Notes under the pieces: model-generated
What the model was told of the DNA's origin: nothing
Database searches by the model: none
What the model saw: the letters and a program-made list of their open reading frames with translations, nothing else
Shown here: positions 36,773-49,068 of the stretch, one piece after another
Layout: every line of letters begins with the position of its first letter
Position numbering within the stretch: position 1 is the stretch's first letter
Translations under genes and position numbers: made by a program
Assembly (NCBI RefSeq): GCF_006345805.1
Contig: NC_043021.1
Coordinates: forward strand, 21,390,001 to 21,454,000
Reading direction: 5' to 3'
From: Octopus sinensis
Taxonomy: Eukaryota
Length of the DNA: 64,000 bases

Positions 36773-37056
36773 GGGAGGCGCAATGGCCTAGTGGTTAGGG
36801 CAGCGGACTCGCGGTCGCAGGATCGCGGTTTCGATTCCCAGACCGGGCGTTGTGTGTGTTTATTGAGCGAAAACACCTAAAAGCTCCACGAGGCTCCGGC
36901 AGGGGCTGGTGATCCCTGCTGTACTCTTTCTTCTGTTGGCCTGCTCGCTTAGCCAGCGGGATGGCGTCATTCGAAGGCTAAAAAACAATGCAAACGCATT
37001 GTGACCAGCGATGTGTAACAACATCTGATGGTCTGGTCAGTCACGTGATCACGTGA
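36773..37056 (+). mobile_element. Family C SINE, tail type 3
   Basis: Same head and body as 36152-36538 up to CCCTGCTGTACTCTTTC, then an unrelated tail ending CTGATGGTCTGGTCAGTCACGTGATCACGTGA. Confidence 0.8.
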
Positions 37057-37173
37057 TATATATATATATTGATAAAAATGGTAAGACAACAAAAGAAAGA
37101 ATGAGACCTCGATATTATGTAAATAGAGGAATTTATCTGTAAATGTAATATGTGACAATTATTTGGTAGCCAT

Positions 37174-37234
37174 GATAAAACTCTGAGTTTCAGATGCCGA
37201 GGTAGAAATCCACGCCGCTATCTCTTCAGTTATC
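37174..37234 (-). ncRNA. Minimal type I hammerhead ribozyme motif (left arm)
   Basis: GATAA-CTGAAGA-gatagcggcgtggatttctacctcggcatct-GAAA-C tcaga G-T-T-TTATC; palindromic AACTCAGAGTT in place of a stable stem III. Confidence 0.6.
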
Positions 37235-37258
37235 CGGCCAGTATTTTTCCAGTGGCCG

Positions 37259-37319
37259 GATAACTGAAGAGATGGCGGCATGGATTTCCACTCTGGCATT
37301 CGAAACTCAGAGTTTTATC
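37259..37319 (+). ncRNA. Minimal type I hammerhead ribozyme motif (right arm)
   Basis: GATAA(37259-63)-CTGAAGA(37264-70)-stem II GATG...CATTC-GAAA(37302-05)-C tcaga G-T-T(37314)-TTATC(37315-19); cleavage triplet GUU. Confidence 0.7.
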
Positions 37320-37532
37320 ATGGCATATATAATATATACCTCACACACACACACACATACACATACAATGGGTTTCTTTCGGTTTCTACCAAATCTACTC
37401 AGAAGGATTTGATTAATCTAAGCCTATAGTAGAAGACACCTGACCAAAGTGCCATGCAGTGGAATTGAACCTGAATTATGTGGTTGGGAAGCAAGCTTCT
37501 TACCACACATCCACACCTATTCCTATAGCTAT

Positions 37533-37731
37533 TACTCTTTTACTTGTCTCAGTCATTTGACTGCGGCCATGCTGGAGCATCGCCTTTAGTCGAGCAAATC
37601 GACTCCGGGACTTATTCTTTGTAAGCTCAGTACATATTCTATCAGTCTCTTTTGCCGAACCGCTAAGTGACAGGGACATAAACACACCAGCATCGGTTGT
37701 CAAGCAATGCTAGGGGGACAAACACAGACAC

Positions 37732-37762
<31 letters not shown>

Positions 37763-37929
37763 CATATATACGACAGGCTTCTTTCAGTTTCCGTCTACCA
37801 AATTCACTCACAAGGCATTGGTCGGCCCGGGGCTATAGCAGAAGACACTTGCCCAAGGTGCCACGCAGTGGGACTGAACCCGGAACCATGTGGTTGGTTA
37901 GCAAGCTACTTACCACACAGCCACTCCTG
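37533..37929 (-). mobile_element. Family A SINE, full length
   Basis: Full family A layout; a partial older copy lies at about 37370-37515. Confidence 0.9.
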
Positions 37930-38155
37930 TATTTTTTGTTTACCAAAAATGAAATGGCATGAAATGTTTACAATATCTCACCTGAGATTTTGGGCACATA
38001 AACCCATACAATGCCTAATTATTTTGCTAGAAAATAACAGGTACGTAAACAAGCAATTTAAGCTTTCTTCAATCAAGTTAGAAAAAACAAAACAAAATAA
38101 AACACACACTCATGGGAAAGAAAGACAGAAAGAAATTCCTCTTAGAACTTTAAAG

Positions 38156-38202
<47 letters not shown>

Positions 38203-38849
38203 TGGAGTGTTGACTTATTAAATTTCCTATTGTTATTTAAGAAGTTCTTTGAAAAAGAACATAGGACTTCATTAACACTATTTGCAGAAGTACATTTAAC
38301 TAATCTTATTCATGAAGCAGAACAAGAGCTTGTTAAGGCTCACCCCTTGATCTTAGACTCAACCAATCAATGGCATTTTTTTTTTTACTATTTCAATTTG
38401 TTTTAATTTCCATAGGTTCTTACAATTCTCTGAAATTGTGTGTGTGTGTCTGTGTGTGTGTGGTGGGGGGGGTAAAAGCATGTATACATACACATGCACA
38501 CACGGTGGGGAAACACAGAAAATGACAAACTGCAAAAGCCAATAGAGGGAAGTACCGGCTGCATGCAATAAATAATTATAATCTACTATGTATGTGTGCT
38601 TGTGTGTGTGTGTGGTGTGTGTGTATGCATGTGTGTATGTGTGTATGTAGGTATGTATATATACATATATGTACATATATATATACATATATATATGTAC
38701 ATATATATATATGTGTATATATATTTATGTGTGTATATATGTGTGTGTGTGTGTGTGTGTGCGTGTGTGTGTGTATATATATACCACACACACACAAACA
38801 TACATGCTCCAGTTTGCCACAAATAAGAGTATAGGTGCTCCCTACATAG

Positions 38850-39150
38850 ACGTTGTACTTCATACTTATTTGAAAGATTCTGGTGATTCACCTCTTTCAC
38901 TAGACCTAGTTTCATATTTGATGCCATCGTTTTGTACGGCAAACGTGCAAAGAACATCCATCTATTCCAGACTGCTTGTGCCTTATCTAACATTGCTCTT
39001 GTAACGACATTGGCTTCTCCCCTGTTACCTGATTTCCAAGCATGCTTCGAAAGTGGTGTGCTGTTTTTCGGGTACAAGTGACAAAATGAACTGTTGTGCT
39101 TCCTTAGATGTCTTGAAAGAATATTCAGCTAGTTTCATTGTCGTGGAAGG
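38850..39150 (-). mobile_element. Penelope-like element GIY-YIG C-terminal fragment
   Basis: RHLRKHNSSFCHLYPKNSTPLSKHAWK...MLDKAQAV, frameshifted DGCSLHVCRTKRWHQI, then QNLSNKYEVQRLCREH. This resembles the PLE consensus H..SF..NST.LSKH.W..IL.KA..C.LC..EK..LN...E....CRH. Confidence 0.6.
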
Positions 39151-39220
39151 ATCCTAACCAAAAGTGGATCCGCAATGTTTAGTGTTGAGCAGCTCCGTTA
39201 ACAATAATAATAATAATAAT

Positions 39221-39425
39221 GAGCAAATATAAAGATCTTGAAATAGAAATCAACAAAATGTGGAACCTGAAAACTAAAACAATACCTGTTGTCATAGGTG
39301 CCCTGGGAATGATAGCGAAAGGGGCTGATTGTTACCAAGCTCAGATACCAGGAAACCCCAAAATGGCAGAAATTCAAAAGATAGTGCTCATGGAAACTGC
39401 TCATATCCTACGCAAAATACTTTCT
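39221..39425 (+). mobile_element. R4/Dong-type LINE RLE C-terminal fragment, starting in an (AAT)n tract
   Basis: SKYKDLEIEINKMWNLKTKTIPVVIGALGMIAKGADCYQAQIPGNPKMAEIQKIVLMETAHILRKILS; (AAT)n at 39202-39220. Confidence 0.8.
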
Positions 39426-39426
39426 A

Positions 39427-39985
39427 AACCAGGGGTGGTCACCTCTAAATTAAATATTTACTTAAATTTGCTTTAATAATTAAATGAAAAACAGGTACTT
39501 GTACATTAGCATAAATTATACACATTTATTAGTATTGTACTGCGCAAGTTACTGTGTAACATGATCACCAAGTAAATAAGACTTGTAGCCATGGGAATTT
39601 TAAGTTCCTGTACGTAAATAAGTGTGGATTATAAGAGGCTCAAAACCACCAGTGTCCAGAAGGTCAGTGTTGTACCAGTATATTTTAATGACTGTAAAGT
39701 ACCCTTGTAAAAACCGGAATCCAAAGATTTGGTATAAGAGGGTCTCACATGTTAACACCATATATCATGTGTTATTTGTAGGTATGCTGATTAGGCAATG
39801 TGATGACATTAATTTTTGAATAATCAAACGGTTAATTTGTAAAGTAGGTTCTGACAGTCACCTTTGGATTGAAATGGTTGCATGATACATACATGTTTTT
39901 CCTGATGGCCTCAGTTTCCTTCATTCACGAAAAACAAGTTTTGACTTGAGAGACTAACTAGCTTCATGTAGGAACTGTATTTCTT
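39427..39985 (-). mobile_element. Possible decayed hAT (Charlie/Buster-like) transposon remnant
   Basis: A CAGGGGTGGTCAC end at 39427 and a stop-ridden minus-strand frame (KLRPSGKTCMYHATISIQR*L...QI) loosely like hAT LQGK..C.MY..I..RKL motifs. Confidence 0.3.
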
Positions 39986-40094
39986 GAAAAATATTGGTTT
40001 CAAATTTTGGCACAGAGCCGATTTTAGGAGAAGGGTAAGGCTGTTACATTAACCCCAGTATTCAACTAGTATTTATTTCATCAGCTCCCTAAAG

Positions 40095-40313
40095 CAGTGC
40101 TTTTCAACCTTTTTGCTGGAGCGGAACCCCAAGGAAACATTTCACTGGCTCAAGGAACCCCTGTTCAATAATTTAATTGTCTTATGCACACATATCTGCA
40201 GAGGAGAATTAAAAATTACTGCCGATTTTAGCAGTTTTGTAACTTCTTGCGGAACCCCTAGACTGTACTGGCGGAACCCTAAGGTTCCGCAGAACCCTGG
40301 TTGAAAACCACTG
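40095..40313. mobile_element. 219-bp hAT (Charlie-like) MITE with 8-bp TSD, inserted in a family B-type SINE (about 39987-40435)
   Basis: TIRs CAGTG(C/G)TTTTCAACC; TSD CCCTAAAG at 40087-40094 and 40314-40321. Confidence 0.92.
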
Positions 40314-40520
40314 CCCTAAAGGAATGAAAGGCAAAGTCAACCTCAGTGGAATTTGAACACAGAACACAAAGATGGACAAAATACCACGAAATATTTTGCC
40401 CGGTGTGCTAATGATTCTGCCAGCTCACTACCTTATTTCTTTCGAGATATTACCCTCTATATCAAAGAAGATCACAGCAGTGGTGTGGCTTCTTTTTTTT
40501 TCTTTTTTTTTTTTGCCAAA

Positions 40521-40933
40521 GGCGCAGGAGTGGCTGTGTGGTAAGTAGCTTGCTAACCAACCACATGGTTCCGGGTTCAGTCCCACTGCGCGGCATCTTG
40601 GGCAAGCGTCTTCTGCTATAGCCCCGGGCCGACCAATGCCTTGTGAGTGGATTTCGTAGACGGAAACTGAAAGAAGCCTGTCGCATATATGTATATATAT
40701 ATATATATAAATGTATGTGTGTGTGTGTTTGTGTGTATGTCTGTGTTTGTCCCCCTAGCATTGCTTGACAACCGATGCTGGTGTGTTTACGTCCCCGTCA
40801 CTTAGCGGTTCGGCAAAAGAGACCGATAGAATAAGTACTGGGCTTACAAAGAATAAGTCCCGGAGTCGATTTGCTCGACTAAAGGCAGTGCTCCAGCATG
40901 GCCGCAGTCAAATGACTGAAAACAAGTAAAAAG
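40521..40933 (+). mobile_element. Family A SINE, full length
   Basis: Full family A layout; a partial minus-strand copy lies at 41183-41330. Confidence 0.9.
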
Positions 40934-41530
40934 AACCCAATGGTCAAAATGGTCAAACTGTGGTGAAAGTATTAAAACAGGCAGCAGGTTAAACCTCCCA
41001 TCTAAAAACAAAAGCACTCAGTCTTGCCATTTGTCTTCCATAAAGATTCCACCAAATAATTTTCACTCACAAGGCTTTGGTTGACTCTAGGATTGTGGGA
41101 AAGTAAAGACAATTGCCCAAGGTACCACAGAACAGTGGGGTTGAAACTGAAAATCTGGCATAACCATAACAACCTGTTCTTGCTTCTTTCAGTTTCCGTC
41201 TACCAAATCCACTCAGAAGGCTTTGGTCGGCCCGAGGCTACAGTAGAGGACACTTGCCCAAGGTGCCACACAGTGGGACTGAACCCAGAACCATGTGGTT
41301 GGTAAACAAGCTACTTACCACACAGCCACATATATACACATACATATTTACAAGCATACATAATACATACATACATATACATACATGCACATACATTCAT
41401 CTATGTACATGTGTATATATATGCATGTATATATGTATACGTAAGATTATGTGTGGATATCTTGGTGGTTGGTCTATACGTGTTAGTAATTTTGCGTAGA
41501 AAACTTTTTTGTTCATTTTGTTAGTATAAC

Positions 41531-41573
<43 letters not shown>

Positions 41574-42004
41574 ATTATTATTATTATTATTATACTTTAT
41601 TTTTTTTGTTTATTGTTTCCTTGCTTAATTCTCATTTGAAGATATTGTATTATACCATACAGATCATCTCCTGTATATAAATTCCAAGAACTTCAAAAAC
41701 CGCATCGCAACAAGAACAAGAAAGGCAACTACTACTACTACTACACTACTACTACTACTATTACAACAGTTCCATCTTAACACACATTCACCTCCTTTCT
41801 TTCTTTCCTTCTTTCCTTCCTTCATTCTACCCTACCCCCCTCTGTTGTTTGTGATTATGCATACATTGTTACACACACACACACACACACACACATGCGC
41901 ATAGATATCTATACAGACACCAACAAACACACAGCTTTACACATACACACGCATAATATATACACACATATATAATATATATACACATATATATATATAC
42001 ATAC

Positions 42005-42041
<37 letters not shown>

Positions 42042-42114
42042 TATATATACACACACATATATATATATATACACATATATATATATACATACATATATAT
42101 ATATATACATATAT

Positions 42115-42163
<49 letters not shown>

Positions 42164-43765
42164 CACACATATATATATATATATAAATACTAACCAGCAT
42201 AAAACACACACACAGGGCTAATTATACATGCACTAACTAATATATAAATATATACTCAAACACACACACAAACCCATACACACAGATACACACATACACA
42301 CACACAAACATATATACAAGCTATCACAGATCAAATATTCACATATATATATATGTGCACACACGCATACTGAAATATACAAATGCAATGGACTTACACC
42401 TATACATACATACATATACACACATATATATATACAACCCATACACACACATTTCTTAAAACCAAAGAAAGAAATAGCAAGATTTAAACAAAAGCGCACA
42501 TACATCTCATATACCAGCACAGACACACACACACACAAATACACAAACGCTGTATAAATTAACACAAACACACATACACACGCACACACTACACAAAACA
42601 CAGGATTCATAAGAAAAACAAAATATATACACTTTTTTTTTTAAGAACAGATATATATTAAAGAAACAACAAAAACGACAAAAATAAATGCTTGATACTG
42701 ACACAACACACAGGAGTTTTCAGTTTGTTTTAGCCAGTTCAGCCAAGGCCATGATGGAGCACAGCCTCCATATATTTACATACATTTTTGTTGGTTTTAG
42801 TTAGAAGATTAACCTGATACAGTAAGATTTTGATATGGAGTTTTGTGCATTCAAATGGGGAGATTATTTAGGTTTTTAACATTGCATATGTAAACACACA
42901 CACGTAATATATACATATATATAAACACACACATGCATATACAAGTATAAGTATCTTTGTACACATGAGCTGTTGGCAGCAAAACTTAGAAGTCACAGTG
43001 TGTATTTCTGGCTAATAAATTATATATATATAATATAATATATATCTAATATATATATAATACTACATATATGTATGTGCATATACGTATATATGTTTGT
43101 GTGTATGTGTGTATATGCATATACATACACATATATTCATGTGTGTGTATATACATATATATATACATATATATATATATCATATATATATACACAACAC
43201 ACACACACACACACACATACACATACACATGTGCATGTGTGAGTGTGTTTGTGTGTATTTATAAACATAAACGTACGTATGTGAAAATAATACACATACA
43301 TATTATTTTCATACATATATGTGTATTTTTACACAAATACATATATGTGTTTATGTATGTATGTATGTGTTTGTGTTAGTGTGTATAAAACAAAACAACA
43401 GCAGCTTGTATGACACTATGGCCAGGAAGTCATATTGGAAGCAGAGAGGCAGCAGCAGGGTGGAGGTGGGGGGTGAGGGTGAAATAGCAGAGAAAGAGTT
43501 AGGAGGGAGGAGGGAGAGAGAGGGGAGTGGGCACGAGTTAAATCTTCAAATATCACAAAATTTTGAAAAAATAATGTAAAAAAATAAAAAAGAAACCACG
43601 GTAATCCAATACTCATCAATAGTCAATAGGGGCGTCTTGATAAGGAAAACATCTAAATCTATGATAATACATCAGATCTCTTGTATAAGTGTGTTTATAT
43701 ATGTGTGCATGTGTGTGTGTGAGTGTATGCATGTGTCTGTCAGTCTTTCTTTATATGTGTGTGTA

Positions 43766-43819
<54 letters not shown>

Positions 43820-44497
43820 AAGATTATATGGATGTGCACTCAGACACACACACACATTACATATATGTATTGAATGTTTACGTATAGGCACATGTTTGGC
43901 TGTGTGGTATAAGAAACTTTCTTTGCAACTATGTGGTTTCAAGTTCAGTCCTGCTGCATGGCACCTAGGACAAGTGTCTTCTACGATAACCCTGTGCCAA
44001 CCGACACCTTCTGAGTGAATTTTGTAGATAGAAACTGTGTGGAATCCCATTGTATGTGTGTGTCTTTGTCTTTGCATATGTCCCTCATTACTCTTTCCTA
44101 CTCAAGGCACAAGGCCCAAAATTTTGGGGGAGGGGGCCAGATCAACCCCAGTACGCAACTGGTACTTAATTTATCGACCCCAAAAGGATGAAAGGCAAAG
44201 TCAACCTTGACAGAATTTGAACCCAGGACATAAAGACAGACAAAATACCACTAAGCATTTTGCCCGGCATGCTAATGTTTCTGTCAGCTCACCGCCTTAA
44301 TATGTCCCTCATTATTGCTTAATGACTGGTGTTAGTTTGTTTATGTCCCTGAAACTTAGCCGTTCGGGGAAAAAGAGTCCAAAAGAATAAGTACTACACT
44401 TAAAAAACAAAAAAAAAGCAGTACTGTGATCAATTTGTTTGACTAAACCCTTCAAGGCAGTGCTCCAGCATGGACTCAATTCAATCACTATAACAAA

Positions 44498-44803
44498 TCT
44501 TTATATATAAAATTTAAGTTGTGTGTGTGAGACTCTGTCTCCTCCGATTTAGATTCCTAACTACTCCCACATTTTGCGGTGCAGTTTAACCAAAAGTGGG
44601 TATCTTATAGTCGTTATTCATATCGAGCCCTTCTCAGTATTAGCGCACGTCTACGATGAGTCTACGATTAAAAAAAAAAGTTACTATCATTTTTCCGCAT
44701 TTTTAATGATTTTTGCTCGGGTTATATAAGGGAAGTAACTCTCTAAAATGCTTATATAGTTATTTCCCTTACAAACCCGAGCAACGCCGGGCGATACTGC
44801 TAG
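44498..44803 (+). mobile_element. Non-autonomous Helitron, short variant (306 bp)
   Basis: A|TC...CCCGAGCAACGCCGGG...CTAG|T; homologous to 2680-3190 except for the central segment. Confidence 0.85.
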
Positions 44804-45487
44804 TAGAAGCTAACATTTTTACATATTTTTTTACATGTTTTTCTATGCTTGCTTTGAAAAGCAACCAACTACTTTTTGTTGAATTCTCTTGTCAAATCCC
44901 TTATGAGAGCCAGCATCCTAAGACCACCCCTCACTACTACTGTCCATGTCTTCCTTGGTCTTACTCTTTTCCTGGTACCCTCCATATGAATTAACCTGTT
45001 CTTTCATATCACTTAGTCTTCACTAATTCAATAAGTATTTCAGGTTACTCTCAACGGCTACTGGTAACATGTAACCCAGTACAACTTGTTGCATGGCCAG
45101 GTCGATGGTGACTAAACTGGCAACCCCATCAAGCTTGCCTGGTGAGGAAGCTGGTTCAGACACCCTGTGGGATGGAAAACAAAACCTGTTAAAGGGTGGA
45201 AGAACTTGTAAGAGACAAATGGTGCCATCCAATGGTGTGTATATAAAGGAGTTAACTTCAATGACAAAAAAATCCCCAAACCAGGGTCACAGCCAAGGCA
45301 TGGGGAGCAGTATGGCAGACGTGAAGTTTGATATATTGATCTTCATTTGACAAAACTACATGACACAGTCCAGGTAGATAAACCTCTTAAGACAACAATC
45401 AGTCTAGGGTCAACGAATCCAGTTAACAGATGACTGCCACTTCACAGAATGTGAGCTGATGGTGATTCATCAACTCACTTTAACTTT

Positions 45488-45861
45488 CATCATCATCGTT
45501 TAGTGTCCACTTTCCATGCTAGCATGGGTTGGACGGTTCAACTGGGGTCTGGGAAGCCAGAAGGCTGCACCAGGCCAGTCAGATCTGGCAATGTTTCTAC
45601 GCCTGGGTGCCCTTCCTAACACCAGCCACACCGTGAGTGTAGTGGGTGCTTTTTACGTGTCACCGGCACAGGAGCCAGGCAAGGCTGGCAAACGACCACG
45701 ATCGGATGGTACTTTTTACGTGCCACCGGCACGAGGCCAGTCGGGGCGGTGCTGGCAATGGCCACATTCGGATGGTTCTCTTACGTACCACCGGCACTGG
45801 TATCACAGCTGCAATTTCCATTGATGTTGATCGATTTCGATTCGATTTTCACTTGCCTCAA
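45488..45861 (-). mobile_element. Family D RTE 3' UTR fragment
   Basis: (CAT)n tail and three hairpin units. Confidence 0.8.
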
Positions 45862-46200
45862 GATAGATAAGATAGATAAGACAGACGGACAGACAGACGG
45901 ACGGACGGACGGACGGACGGACGGACGGACGGACGGACGGACGGACGGACGGACGGACAGACAGACAGACAGACAGACAGATAGATAGATAGATAGACAG
46001 ATCAATAGACAAACAGACAGACAGCACACCATTGTGCAGCACAGACCAAAATTTCCATCTAAATATCAGGGATTGGATAATTGTAGAACAGATGAAGGAA
46101 ATGACATGCTGGTCTTTACAGCACGCTGAAGCTAAGTGCAACACGATGCACATCTTGATGAAGCACAACAATGTCTGTGCGTGAATGTATGTGCAGGTGT

Positions 46201-46236
<36 letters not shown>

Positions 46237-46379
46237 GTGCATTTATACGTGTGCTTGCGTGTACTTGTTTGTCTCACTATGTATGTACGTAATTATTTCT
46301 AAGTGTATGCACGTGCATGTAGCTATATATATGCCTGTGTTTTTCTTACCGTACGAATGCATGTTTGTAAGTGTGTGTA

Positions 46380-46416
<37 letters not shown>

Positions 46417-46626
46417 GCATGTATGTATGTATATATATATATATATGTATGTATGTATATACATATATATATATATATGTGTGTGTGTGTGTATGTATAT
46501 ACATATATATATATATGTGTGTATGTATATACACATATATATATATGTATGTATATACATATATATATGTGTGTGTGTATATATATACATATATATATAT
46601 ATGTGTATGTATATACACACACACAC

Positions 46627-46657
<31 letters not shown>

Positions 46658-47344
46658 TGTATGTATGTATGTATGCATGTATGTGTGTGTGTATATGAAG
46701 GATATGTTTGTGTCAGTATGCATGGTCAGGAAGCTGCATTGCCAGAGAACATTCTAAAAGCCGATAGAGCTAAGCAAAAGCTACGTCCCAGAATGAGGAA
46801 ACAGGAAGGAAGGAAGAATGGACAACAACTCTCCCTCTCCGAATCTCTCCAGCACACCTCCCTCTCCATATTCTAATGCACACATTATTACTACATCACA
46901 TAACATTTCATTCCATTATAAGCCAACAAGAGACCTCACCATGTGGTCTCTTGACCTGTTAGAAATAGCAAACAGAACTTCCTTAAACCACACCCTGCTG
47001 TTTGAAAAGCAAAAAGGAAAAAAAAAAGAAAAGAAAAATCACATCAAACAGCATAGTCTTAGATACATTATGCCTGGTAAGGCAGGGTGTGCATGGCTGG
47101 AATGTTTTCCATTACAGACTTGCTACCTCCCAGATCTGTCAATCACATTTTCAGTACAGAGCTTCGGATAGAACGCTTTATGATATTTGTTCTGACTCTC
47201 TAAACTCTGGGTTCAACTCATGCTGAGGTCAGTTTTGCTGTTCATCCTTTCAGGGTAAATACGAAAATGTATCAGAAACAAAGAAGGTTAAATAACAGAG
47301 CTGAAGAACACCACAGCATTAGTAGGTTAATTAGTTAATTTTTT

Positions 47345-47540
47345 GGCTCAAAAAGCAAAAACCAAGGCCATGTAGGGGGACATGGAGTTATGTACAAGGT
47401 GGTGTTCATGTAAAGAGTTCAGGCCACTTGTGGTCAAAGGAGACTTTGAACTGAGCGGTCGTCGGCATCTTCACTATCTCGTCCAGCAGCTTATTCCACA
47501 GATCCGTAACCCGGACGGAGAAAGCCCCTCTCCTTCGATA
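47345..47540 (-). mobile_element. CR1-group LINE 3' end
   Basis: RRRGAFSVRVTDLWNKLLDEIVKMPTTAQFKVSFDHKWPELFT* matches the FSxRV..WN.LP...F..LD motif. Confidence 0.75.
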
Positions 47541-47866
47541 AAATAAATACAGTAGAGACATGAATACTGGGATCCATACGATAAATTAAAAGCCTTTCAA
47601 AGGTGGACCCCAATCCAATGATTTCAACCAGTAAAAGAAAAGCAATACTGTTATAGATGTTTAACACTGACTGTTTGTCTCTCTCTTTCTCTCATTCTTT
47701 ATTTAACTATCAAACACACATTCATGGTCACTCAGCTTTGAGAATTAACAGACAAATCTCTCTCCATTTTAACTGTACATAGTGGCAATTTCTGGCCACT
47801 ATGGGCCAGAAATTGGAGCATGTCTGCAAGTCGCTATACCCTAATCAATAGAGAGACCCTCTTTTT

Positions 47867-48085
47867 CCGTGGTTTTCAACCAGGGTTCCGCGGAACCTTA
47901 GGGTTCCGCCAGTACAGTCCAGGGGTTCCACAAGAGGTTAAAAAAATGCTAAAATCGACAGTAATTTTTAATTCTCCTGTGCAGATATGTGTGCATAAGA
48001 CAATTGAATTATTGCACAGGGGTTCCTCGAGCCAGTGGAATGTTTCCTTGGGGTTCCGCTCCTGCAAAAAGGTTGAAAAGCACTG
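47867..48085. mobile_element. Second copy of the 219-bp hAT MITE, opposite orientation
   Basis: Reverse complement of 40095-40313. The right flank GTCTAGAG fits the Charlie-type target; the left TSD is not preserved. Confidence 0.88.
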
Positions 48086-49068
48086 GTCTAGAGTATCAGT
48101 GTGTGCAGCCACATCCTAGATGGGAGAGCAAGGCTGCATGGTGAGTTTCACTTGAGATTTTTAGAATGTCAACAAATGTAAGGAGTTGTATCATCCATCA
48201 TCTCTAGCACTGAAGAGAAGGGTCAGTCATTCAGATGTAGTCCTAACTGTGTTATGCAAGTGCTTCTGCCAGGAGAAACCCTTAGGGATAGTGAGGCCTC
48301 AAATTCGAACAATTGCATGGCTCCACAGGTGTATTACATCTCACAAATCTCCCACCACCCTGCCACAAATGCCTCCCACTAACCATGTTCACCACACACC
48401 ATGTTGCCCTCCCTTCTATCTCCCACTCTTCTTTCACACCCTCACAAACTTAGCTGCACACAATCTGTCCCTCTTTCCATGGCAACTCATTCTCCTAACC
48501 CCTTCCCTCCACCTGTGCTCACTCACTGCATTCATCTTCCAACCATTCCCCCCCCCCCCCCCACATTCCTTTTGCACTCTCACAAACTTACCCGCCCACT
48601 AGCCCTGTCCAACCCTCTATAACTCAAGGGTATGCCCTGAACCACCTTCTTCACCACCACCACTCACTCTCTTCCTCCCCTCCTCTCTCTCTCTCTGCCA
48701 CCTGGAAGAGCCACGTGTCTTCTCTATAGCAAGACACCCGTTTCTATCCCCTCAATCATAATCTTACCTCTCATCACCCGCCACAAAGCCCCCTCCTTCA
48801 ATATTACCCACCTCTTCCATTGAGGGATCTTGCCTTGCAAGCGACTTGGTAACCTCACTGGGGCTGGTGCCATGTTAAAAGACATCCAGTACACTCTGTG
48901 AAGTGGTCGGTATCGGAAAGGAAATACAGTCTGAGAAACAATGCCAAAGCAGACACTGGAGCTTGGCACCGTCCTCTGCTTTGCCATTACTGTCAAACCA
49001 CCCAACCCAAGCCATCATTAGATGATGATGATCATGATAGTGGTTATCTTACAAGTAAAAATATTCCT

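Larger units (their letters stand above)
37075..37324. mobile_element. PLE pseudo-LTR-like element with a terminal 72-bp inverted repeat
   Basis: Arms 37169-37240 and 37253-37324 (64/72 identical) with a 12-nt spacer. Each arm holds a hammerhead motif; both flanks are (TA)n. Confidence 0.7.
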
